A stretch of DNA of 54,395 nucleotides, from positions 1-54,395 of IMG/VR virus record IMGVR_UViG_3300042922_001429. The stretch is one strand, 5' to 3'. The stretch is from a virus (taxonomy: Duplodnaviria; Caudoviricetes). The position numbers and the translations under genes are program-made. Under the pieces are notes generated by a model. The model was not told the DNA's origin. It was given only the letters and a program-made list of their open reading frames with translations, and made no database searches. This document shows positions 27,262 to 34,973 of the stretch, piece after piece (the first letter of the stretch is position 1; each line of letters opens with the position of its first letter).

Positions 27262-27957
27262 TTATTCTTCGATATAAACATAAGCACCATCTTCCAAATT
27301 GTAATATTCTTTATCATCAGGTCTTAATTTAAAAGACAATTCATAAGCATCAAGCGTTCCACCTTCAGGTTCTTTTTTTGTTAGAACTTCACCATTTTTA
27401 AAACTGTAAGAAGCGCAATTATATCCAGTATCTTCATCTGCATATTCGTAATCAATTTGCACATCGGGAATTTGTGAGCTCATAATTCTCATTAATTCAG
27501 GAACTCCGCTCCAAGCAGTAATGAAAGTAAAAGTATCTTCGCTTTCTTTTACGTTTTCCGTGCTATTCCATTTTGTGCCCCAATATTTTATATTCCATAT
27601 TCTCCACCAATTTGGAGATTTTTCAGCTTCTCCTTGATTAGGCAAATCATAGTAAGCATCATCTTTTGGAGGTTTTATTATTTTCTCGAAATCTGGAAAA
27701 TGTTCCATAATTGGTGTGATTTCAACAGTCCAATCATCAGGTAATCCAATAACTGCTTTTTCTTTTCTTCTTGTGAATTCATTCGATATTTCGTCAAGCC
27801 ATCCATATTCACCCGTTTTATCATTTTTGAAGATAAGTAGTCCATCATACGATTTCCTAAAAGTGGATGGATAATGAGTGTTGTATTTATCGAAAACTTC
27901 GCTAACCTGCTCAGCTGTACCGATAATTGTAATTCTATTTTTAATGTAGTTAGGCAT
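27262..27957 (-). CDS. DUF1281/YubB ferredoxin-like domain protein
   Basis: MPNYIKNRI, WNIKYWGTKWN, FITAWS, YADED.G. Confidence 0.7.
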   Translation of the reverse strand: MPNYIKNRITIIGTAEQVSEVFDKYNTHYPSTFRKSYDGLLIFKNDKTGEYGWLDEISNEFTRRKEKAVIGLPDDWTVEITPIMEHFPDFEKIIKPPKDDAYYDLPNQGEAEKSPNWWRIWNIKYWGTKWNSTENVKESEDTFTFITAWSGVPELMRIMSSQIPDVQIDYEYADEDTGYNCASYSFKNGEVLTKKEPEGGTLDAYELSFKLRPDDKEYYNLEDGAYVYIEE

Positions 27958-27988
27958 ATTTATTTTTTATAAAGTTAATATTTCACTT

Positions 27989-28378
27989 CTAAACTTCGCT
28001 CACCCATTTTAGCAAACAGTTTCCGTAATAATTATCAATTCTAAAAACCATCAATCTATTTTCATCAAAAACAGCGAGAAATAATCCTTTTAGATCGCCT
28101 GTGATTTCAACATAAGCGAATTGCAAACTTTTGTCACTAGAACCGGAGCAAACAGTCTGATAATTGATATTTTCGGGCAGTTCCTGATTCCTGATAATCT
28201 TCATTACAATAGCAGTTTCATTATCATTTGCTAATTGCAAATTATTTCTTCCTTCCGAACCTTTTTTAGCCTCGAAATTAACCTTGATCTGGTATTCAGG
28301 ATTGAAGTATTCACCATCTCTCTCATCCGTGCAGGATGTGAAGAGAATTAATGTAAGTAAAAGTATTAGTGTTTTCAT
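27989..28378 (-). CDS. Lipoprotein
   Basis: MKTLILLLTLILFTSC-TDERD. Confidence 0.8.
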   Translation of the reverse strand: MKTLILLLTLILFTSCTDERDGEYFNPEYQIKVNFEAKKGSEGRNNLQLANDNETAIVMKIIRNQELPENINYQTVCSGSSDKSLQFAYVEITGDLKGLFLAVFDENRLMVFRIDNYYGNCLLKWVSEV

Positions 28379-28442
28379 AAAGTTATTTTGTAGTATTAAA
28401 AATTATTCTTATCTATGTGATCTAACCATAAAAATTTAAATT

Positions 28443-28676
28443 ATGCCAAAGAATGCTCAAGATCAAGTAGTCTGTATTAATCAAGGAACATCTATTAATT
28501 CAGGTAGCAGCGTACATACTATGCAAAAAATGGAAGGTAACGGAATGCTTCCTAGGAGAGATAAGGATACTGACGGTGTACCATTTTTAAATCCTACTAA
28601 GGGTATTGCAACAGATATGTATATTTGTACTAATTGTAAGTATATTGAACTTTATATTAACCCTGAAGTAATGTAA
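28443..28676 (+). CDS. Small zinc-ribbon protein, counter-oriented moron
   Basis: YICTNCKYIELY; terminator AGCCTACA/TGTAGGCT at 28692-28711. Confidence 0.65.
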   Translation: MPKNAQDQVVCINQGTSINSGSSVHTMQKMEGNGMLPRRDKDTDGVPFLNPTKGIATDMYICTNCKYIELYINPEVM

Positions 28677-28733
28677 AATTTAAATATTAACAGCCTACAT
28701 TATTGTAGGCTTTCTTATTTCTAAAAATTAAAA

Positions 28734-28881
28734 ACCACATTCTGGAGGGTGTTAGTGAATTTAATCAACGGCTTGTCAGTATTTGCTCCTTTCCCTTGCC
28801 GAATTATGATTAGCCAATATTTGAGCTTTACTTATCGTTTCACGTTTACGCTAGCTTCTTACCTTTATATCAGAATGTGAT
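28734..28881 (-). ncRNA. Candidate ~150 nt structured RNA
   Basis: 11-bp closing stem ATCACATTCTG/CAGAATGTGGT; no convincing ORF. Confidence 0.45.
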
Positions 28882-28892
28882 TGATTTTTATT

Positions 28893-29156
28893 TTAGTTTA
28901 ATTCGAAAAGATGAAATACTAATCCACCATCATAAAGTTGATAAGTTCCGATGTAATTTGATGGATTATCAGGTAAGTGATTTCCGGTACCAACAACAAA
29001 AAAAGATCTTTTTTTTATTACGTTTTCTGTTTCAACTTTTGCCCAAATACAAGGAACTCCATTCTGTACCTGCACGCATAAAACTTCTGCTAATTCTGGC
29101 ATTTCGATTTCTTGCAAATCAGTGGTTTTCAATTGATATTTAAAAATACTTTTCAT
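28893..29156 (-). CDS. Conserved phage hypothetical protein
   Basis: IFKYQL...LCVQVQ..PCIWA...VVGTG...YIGTYQ...VFHLFE. Confidence 0.75.
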   Translation of the reverse strand: MKSIFKYQLKTTDLQEIEMPELAEVLCVQVQNGVPCIWAKVETENVIKKRSFFVVGTGNHLPDNPSNYIGTYQLYDGGLVFHLFELN

Positions 29157-29162
29157 TTTAAT

Positions 29163-29600
29163 TTATTTTTCAAATTCCCACAGACTCAGCTTTCCTTTTA
29201 CGTTTAGGATTGGCTCATCATATAGAACCGCATTTTTTAAAACCCAGTTATAAATAGGCTTCATTCCTTCGTTTAGAACCCCATCTTCTTGATACGGACT
29301 GAATTCTGATTTCTCTGCCCAAATACTCTCATGATTGATCACACAATCAATGATGTCAACTTCACCGATGATAGCGGAACGTAAATTTGAATAAGCAATC
29401 AAATCATTTTGTTCTCGTAATGTCAGACTGTTCCAATATTCTGCAGGTATAATCTCAGAATACTTTCCTTTGGTTATTTGTCCAGATGCATGAATATAAA
29501 TCCTTCCACGGAAATTAGTTTTCCAGGTTCTATTTTCGATATTTTTCACTCCGTGAGCTATAAGTGATGCCCAAGGCTGTTTTATTGATAATGTTTTCAC
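29163..29600 (-). CDS. ASCH domain protein
   Basis: LSIKQPWASLIAHGVKNIENRTW, GRIYIHA, KGKLSLW. Confidence 0.92.
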   Translation of the reverse strand: MKTLSIKQPWASLIAHGVKNIENRTWKTNFRGRIYIHASGQITKGKYSEIIPAEYWNSLTLREQNDLIAYSNLRSAIIGEVDIIDCVINHESIWAEKSEFSPYQEDGVLNEGMKPIYNWVLKNAVLYDEPILNVKGKLSLWEFEK

Positions 29601-29857
29601 GATAAAGTTGTTTTTTCAGCATTATCAAATTCTTCATGTCCAGGACATCCACCGCCAAAAGGATCAAATCCGATGCATTTGCTGCTTGTCGGCATAAGTT
29701 TATGCCCAAGTGCTTGCAGTCTGGCAATCTCCGCTCTTGCCTCGGCATCGGATAATGTTTTTCCATTATCATCTTCCATGATATTAATCTTCTTTCTCTT
29801 GTAGTTTCTTAGTAATCCTTCCAGATTTACGCTCATGTGGTGAATTGTTCTTTTCAT
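29597..29857 (-). CDS. Hypothetical protein
   Basis: First gene of the leftward operon; CIGFD..GGCPGH. Confidence 0.7.
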   Translation of the reverse strand: MKRTIHHMSVNLEGLLRNYKRKKINIMEDDNGKTLSDAEARAEIARLQALGHKLMPTSSKCIGFDPFGGGCPGHEEFDNAEKTTLS

Positions 29858-29947
29858 AAAAAGTTATTTAAGTTTTAAGCGATAAAAAACCGCCTTTTGT
29901 TTTATCGATATGATTGATTTAAAACGCATATCTATTTCATTACTTGA

Positions 29948-29998
29948 CAAAGGTATAAAAAATAATACACCTATTGGGTGTATTTATGATTATTTTTG
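29948..29998. promoter_or_regulatory. Divergent promoters (-7 boxes 29948-29955 minus, 29991-29998 plus) flanking operator 29966-29982
   Basis: CAAAGGTA and TATTTTTG boxes around TACACCTATTGGGTGTA. Confidence 0.75.
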
Positions 29999-30019
29999 AG
30001 TTTTAAAATAAAAATCAAA

Positions 30020-30628
30020 ATGATTAACCCAATTGTAAAAAAACATTTCCTAAAAAATGGGCTTTCTGAAAAGGCGTTACAGGGATTATCTGATTCTATT
30101 ACGGGTTCACTTGGTGAAAACGCAACTGATGAAGAAATAACTGCTCAATGTGTGGTTTTTGAACCGCTTGCCAAAACTTTCCAATCAGAGATTGATGCGA
30201 GAGTAACTGCTGCAACTAAAAAGAAAGAACAAGAAGGAAAAACTGTTGAAGGGGCTACTACAGAACCTGCAACTGAACCAGGTAAAGATGCCGATCCTTT
30301 GCTTTTGGCTATTCAAGAACTTTCTAAAACTGTAAAGGGCTTGCAAACTGAAAAAGCTGTAGAAACAAACAATCAAAAAGTAATTAACGGATTAAAAGCT
30401 CTAAAAATGACTGATAAGGAAATCGAATCTGTTATGCTCGGAAGAAGCTTTGAAGCCGAAGATGGAATTGAAGAGTTTGTTGCTAAACAAGGTGAGTATT
30501 ACTCTGAAATCTTACAAACAAGAACAGAAGCAGCTGCCGGAGAAGGATATGTTGCTCCAAGTTCAGTTGGGAATCAAAACCAAGCTCAGAAGAAAGCAGA
30601 TGTTGAAGCTTTCAATAAAACTTTCTAA
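30020..30628 (+). CDS. Capsid scaffolding protein
   Basis: ATG at 30020; QSEIDARVTAA coiled coil; precedes capsid genes. Confidence 0.7.
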   Translation: MINPIVKKHFLKNGLSEKALQGLSDSITGSLGENATDEEITAQCVVFEPLAKTFQSEIDARVTAATKKKEQEGKTVEGATTEPATEPGKDADPLLLAIQELSKTVKGLQTEKAVETNNQKVINGLKALKMTDKEIESVMLGRSFEAEDGIEEFVAKQGEYYSEILQTRTEAAAGEGYVAPSSVGNQNQAQKKADVEAFNKTF

Positions 30629-30655
30629 GAGCATTAACAACCTAACAAAAACAAA

Positions 30656-31027
30656 ATGGGATATTTAGAGCCTAAATCTACAAGCGGATCAAGAACGATC
30701 CCGATTTTCCAAAAAGTTTTGGAAACTGCTAGAGGTGGTTTTACTCTCGATGCTACAGGCCTCACTGCTAATCAAACTATTCCGGCAGGAACTCCTATCG
30801 CATTTGATGAAGAAACCAGAAAAGCGAAAAAAGCAACATTAACAGGTACCGCTCCCAATCAAACTACAGATGCAAAAGGTCTTTTGTATACTGATGTTGT
30901 GATTGAAGATAACGCTCCTATCGATGTAGTTCTTAGAGGGACTGTATACGTAAGAAGAGTAGCTGCAGGGATCGACCCTGTTCACAGAAAAGCCATGCCG
31001 CTAATCATTTTCTCTGAATCTCGATAA
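30656..31027 (+). CDS. Head decoration protein
   Basis: GGFTLD...IPAGTP...GLLYTDV. Confidence 0.7.
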   Translation: MGYLEPKSTSGSRTIPIFQKVLETARGGFTLDATGLTANQTIPAGTPIAFDEETRKAKKATLTGTAPNQTTDAKGLLYTDVVIEDNAPIDVVLRGTVYVRRVAAGIDPVHRKAMPLIIFSESR

Positions 31028-31047
31028 TCTCCTAAAAAATTTAAAAA

Positions 31048-32157
31048 ATGGCAAAAGAAACAACCGTTTTTGGAAGCGTCGTAGATCAAGAGACGTTACA
31101 ATTGATGATCGATACGAGATTAGAGAAATTTAATACTCCTTGGTACTCAAAATACTTTGATTTTGCATTACCGCAAGTTTCACTTACCTACAGCTCAGTC
31201 TTAGGAAACTCAGTTATTACTCCAGCTGCATCTTATGTGACTAGAGATGGCGAAACTCCCTTGAGAAGCCGTGAAACTTTAGCATCTATCAATGGAAAGA
31301 TTCCACCAATTAAGGTGATGAGAGATCTTGACGAAGAGCAGTATCGTAACTACAAAGTTTTGCAGGAAATGAAAGCCATTACCGATCAAAACAAAAAGAA
31401 TCAAGCTTTAAAATTGATCTGGGATGACATGAAATATGTTGCCGAAGCAGTTGATAAAAGACTTGACTTTACGGTAGCGGAAATGGTTTCAACTGGTAAA
31501 ATTACAATCACTGAAGATAACAACCCGGATGGTATTGTTGTCGGCGAAGTTGATTTGCAGATGCCTGATGAAAATAGAGTGAATGCAGATGTGGCATGGT
31601 CTAGTACTGCGACTTCAAAACCTATCACAGATATCGTTAATCTAGTAAATGAAGCTTCTGCAAGAGGTATTTCATTTGCGAAAATGTTGATCGATAAAGG
31701 CACTTTGCTAAACTTTATGCAGTCTAAAGAAGTGAAAGATACAGTAGGAACTTTCTTCGGTCTTTCATCTGCTGCAAGAAGTTCTCAGACAGCTCCATTG
31801 ACAACTGACAGAATCAACGAATATATGACAGCTGCAGAGTTGCCGGTATTCGAGATTGCTGATATCAGAATTCCAATTGAGAAAGATGGTACCTCTACGA
31901 TCTTCAAACCTTTCGAAGCCACAAATGTTGCTTTCATTCCTGATGGAAAGTTAGGAGAGATTAAAAACGCTCTCGCTATGGAAGAAATGGAGCCTGTAAA
32001 GAACGTAATCTACACAACAAAAGGTAGAACGTTGATTTCTAAATGGAATCAAAACGAGCCTTTCAAAGAGTGGACAAAAGCAGAATTGAACGCATTCCCG
32101 GTAGTGAATACTATCAAATATATCTATTTGTTGAGCACAAGTAAATCATTCGACTAA
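31048..32157 (+). CDS. Major capsid protein (lambda E-like)
   Basis: Size and position; GKIPPIK, STGKI, KPITDI, AFPV. Confidence 0.85.
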   Translation: MAKETTVFGSVVDQETLQLMIDTRLEKFNTPWYSKYFDFALPQVSLTYSSVLGNSVITPAASYVTRDGETPLRSRETLASINGKIPPIKVMRDLDEEQYRNYKVLQEMKAITDQNKKNQALKLIWDDMKYVAEAVDKRLDFTVAEMVSTGKITITEDNNPDGIVVGEVDLQMPDENRVNADVAWSSTATSKPITDIVNLVNEASARGISFAKMLIDKGTLLNFMQSKEVKDTVGTFFGLSSAARSSQTAPLTTDRINEYMTAAELPVFEIADIRIPIEKDGTSTIFKPFEATNVAFIPDGKLGEIKNALAMEEMEPVKNVIYTTKGRTLISKWNQNEPFKEWTKAELNAFPVVNTIKYIYLLSTSKSFD

Positions 32158-32159
32158 AA

Positions 32160-32486
32160 ATGCCAATAACTAATAAGGATTATTTCCAAAGCAGACTTAA
32201 ACGATTGTCAATCACTATGAGTGATGAAGATCTTGAAGTGTTTTTTGTTTCAAAACAAATTACCGGAACAAGCGATCTTACTAAACCTGATGATATGGAT
32301 AAGGCTTTCATGGAGATAGTCCTTGAGTTATTGATAACGCCTGATATTTCTGAAGATGATTATTCCATCAAATACGATAGAAAAGCTTTAGAGAGTTGGT
32401 ACGCAATGGAATGCACCAGATTAGGAATCGAAAACCTTTTAAATAAGGGTAAGGTTCAGGTAAAAGACATTAGTTCATTAGCATGA
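32160..32486 (+). CDS. Head-tail connector
   Basis: Position; PDISEDDYSIKYDR. Confidence 0.65.
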   Translation: MPITNKDYFQSRLKRLSITMSDEDLEVFFVSKQITGTSDLTKPDDMDKAFMEIVLELLITPDISEDDYSIKYDRKALESWYAMECTRLGIENLLNKGKVQVKDISSLA

Positions 32487-32803
32487 AACAATATCCTTAT
32501 GATCTTTATGTGGTTACAAATGGCGAAGGCGGAGTTGATGAAAATGGCTTTCCTATTCCATCAGAATCGGTAGAAGCTTTTCACTGTAAATGCAGAGAAA
32601 GAGCTGCTGGATCCGGAAATATTGTAGCAACTGAATCAGGTGAGATTATAAATTATGCTTCTAAAGTTGTAATGCCTTTAGGTACTCCGAAAATAGAAGC
32701 TAATTCAAAGATCATCATCAAACATGGAGAAAAGATTATTCTTTCGGGAAATGTAATCAGATTCTCAGATTCTCCACAATTACACTGTAGGTTATGGGTG
32801 TAG
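32483..32803 (+). CDS. Head closure protein
   Basis: Position; VDENGFP motif. Confidence 0.6.
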   Translation: MKQYPYDLYVVTNGEGGVDENGFPIPSESVEAFHCKCRERAAGSGNIVATESGEIINYASKVVMPLGTPKIEANSKIIIKHGEKIILSGNVIRFSDSPQLHCRLWV

Positions 32804-33273
32804 AGCCGAAATTCAACATGTCAGACATCAATAGTTATCTCCAGAAACGCTTAGATACTTTAGATGGTCTGATGATCAGAAACCTCAACTTGTTGGGGAT
32901 GGAATGTGTGAATTTGGCAAAGAGCCTTGACACTTACACTGACAGAACTGGAAATCTAAGAAACTCGATCGGATATGTTGTCATAAAGCATGGAAATGTA
33001 GTCAGTTCAGTTTTTGAAGAAGGTAAGCGAGGTCCTGATTTCGATTCTAAGGAAGTTCCAGGAGAAAGAGTGGGAGAGATCTTCGCTAAATCATTAGCTA
33101 AAGATTTTAAAAACGGATATGCGGTGATTGTCGTTGCCGGGATGGAATACGCAAGTTATATCGAAGATGTCAAACATTTAGATGTTATCGCTCCAGCTCA
33201 AGCATTCGCACAAACAAGAATTAATCAGATTGCACAAAGCATTGTCAATTCAATGAGAGCAGCTAAATGGTAA
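32794..33273 (+). CDS. HK97 gp10-like tail completion protein
   Basis: DRTGNLRNSIGY, AGMEYASYIE. Confidence 0.8.
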   Translation: MGVEPKFNMSDINSYLQKRLDTLDGLMIRNLNLLGMECVNLAKSLDTYTDRTGNLRNSIGYVVIKHGNVVSSVFEEGKRGPDFDSKEVPGERVGEIFAKSLAKDFKNGYAVIVVAGMEYASYIEDVKHLDVIAPAQAFAQTRINQIAQSIVNSMRAAKW

Positions 33274-33665
33274 CAACTTTCGAACTAAAATCAATCGTCT
33301 ACAATCTAGTAAAAGTTTCCGCTTTCAAAACTATTTTGAATGGAGATATCTACATTGATGAAAGGCCATTGAATTCAGATAAGAATGATATTGTTATTGG
33401 GGCGCTTTCGATTCCAAATGAGGTTTTAATGCCTTCTACTGTTTTGATAAATATCTACGCAAAAAACATCAAATCAGGAACTACTGACGTACCAAATTTG
33501 GCGGTCCTAAATAATGCTACAAAACTTATCATGCCTTTGGTAGATGAGATCTATCTGGAAAGCAAAAAAACTTATCTGGAAATAGAATACCAGAGAGATT
33601 ACAAAGTTGACGGAGCTAATGAAAGGGTTTCTGTCATTCGATTAAAAACAAGAACAATTAATTAA
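33267..33665 (+). CDS. Tail terminator
   Basis: Position; ERPLNS..DIVI, INIYA. Confidence 0.65.
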   Translation: MVTTFELKSIVYNLVKVSAFKTILNGDIYIDERPLNSDKNDIVIGALSIPNEVLMPSTVLINIYAKNIKSGTTDVPNLAVLNNATKLIMPLVDEIYLESKKTYLEIEYQRDYKVDGANERVSVIRLKTRTIN

Positions 33666-33678
33666 TAATAAATACAAA

Positions 33679-34179
33679 ATGGCTTGGACATTCGGTGTAA
33701 AAAGAATCCTATCAGGCGACAAAGCTGTCGATGGAGGTATGGGAACCGTGCTTACAGAGCACGATGAACATTTGAAAGGAACGGTAGTTCTTGAAACTAC
33801 AGACGAAACAATTAACTGGGTAGAAACTGAAGAAAAAGGAAAAAGAATCGCTATCGGTCAAAACGATGCTGAAACTACTTTGACTTTTGAAATTGCCAAT
33901 CCTTCTTTGGAAACACAGGCTTACTATTTAGGTGGTGAGGTTGTGACAACGTCAGGGAAGAAAAGCTACGCTGTACCAGCTCAGAGAGAAATCATCGAAA
34001 AATCATTCACCCTTGAAACAAAAGTAGGATATGATATCGATGTAACTAACGGGAAAGTGATGGCAACTCCAATCGGAGGTACGGTAGGAACTGAAGGTGT
34101 ATTAACAATGAAAGTTGTTGTTACCGTACAGGCTCCGGAGAAAGAAGGCGAAGATGCTTTGGTCTACAGAGAGAAATAA
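33679..34179 (+). CDS. Major tail tube protein
   Basis: Position; DGGMGT; followed by a terminator. Confidence 0.75.
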   Translation: MAWTFGVKRILSGDKAVDGGMGTVLTEHDEHLKGTVVLETTDETINWVETEEKGKRIAIGQNDAETTLTFEIANPSLETQAYYLGGEVVTTSGKKSYAVPAQREIIEKSFTLETKVGYDIDVTNGKVMATPIGGTVGTEGVLTMKVVVTVQAPEKEGEDALVYREK

Positions 34180-34201
34180 ACCTGATTACTAAATTAAATG
34201 C

Positions 34202-34233
34202 AAATCCGTCTGCATTTCTGTAGACGGATTTTT
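34202..34233 (+). terminator. Terminator/attenuator after the tail tube gene
   Basis: AAATCCGTCTGCA-TTTC-TGTAGACGGATTT-TT. Confidence 0.75.
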
Positions 34234-34239
34234 CTTAAA

Positions 34240-34755
34240 ATGGAATTACAAGAAGATACATTTCAAAAGTTCGTTGACGAAAGTCTGACTAAAGAACAAC
34301 AGGAAGAAAAAGAAGCTGATCTCTTAATTGAGAAGGGTTTTTTCTTCAATGTCGGAAAAAGAGAAATCCATATTAAGCCTCTGGTTTTTGGAACGATCAC
34401 TCAAGCAAATAAACATGCTGTAAATCTCAAGATCAACATTTTAAGCGATGATAATACATCAGTTTTCAAAGAGGTTGATCGAAATGTTGATCCCTTAATG
34501 AAATTCATAGCAGTGTGTGTGCTTCATAAAAAGTGGAAGATTAAACTTTTTTCAGTATTACTAGCAAAGTATCTGAAGTGGAAATTAAGTCCACAAATAG
34601 CCTTAAAAATTACACTGGCGATTCTTCAAATGTATGATATCGCAAATTTTATAACCTCTATCAGGTTAATCGGACAAACGACAATAACGAGTCCGAAGGA
34701 GACCAGTCTGGTAGATGGGAAAATACCGGTCTCAAATCCATCTATGGAACAGTAG
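34240..34755 (+). CDS. Tail assembly chaperone (gpG-like)
   Basis: ATG at 34240; between tail tube and tape measure. Confidence 0.7.
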   Translation: MELQEDTFQKFVDESLTKEQQEEKEADLLIEKGFFFNVGKREIHIKPLVFGTITQANKHAVNLKINILSDDNTSVFKEVDRNVDPLMKFIAVCVLHKKWKIKLFSVLLAKYLKWKLSPQIALKITLAILQMYDIANFITSIRLIGQTTITSPKETSLVDGKIPVSNPSMEQ

Positions 34756-34973
34756 GATTTGCAATGAAAACTCTAAAAATTTCCTACAAAGAAATAATGT
34801 GGGAGATTCCGTGGGGAACAGTTTTACGAATGTTATCTGACCTACCAAATCAGAAATACATAGACAATAAATCAGAAGATAAGACGAAGGAAGAAACCAA
34901 AGAGCTTACACCTCAGAATAATGCAGACTTCGCAAAACATATACAAGAGCTTAATAAGCGAAATATAAAATAA
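34638..34973 (+). CDS. Tail assembly chaperone extension (gpT-like), probably reached by -1 frameshift
   Basis: -1 frame open from 34638; heptamer A-AAT-TTT at 34644-34650. Confidence 0.6.
   Translation, partial: YRKFYNLYQVNRTNDNNESEGDQSGRWENTGLKSIYGTVGFAMKTLKISYKEIMWEIPWGTVLRMLSDLPNQKYIDNKSEDKTKEETKELTPQNNADFAKHIQELNKRNIK

Noticed and set aside
34717-34723. GGGAAAA as the lambda-like slippery site
   Set aside because: In-frame codons are GGG AAA, the wrong phase for a tandem -1 slip; A-AAT-TTT fits better
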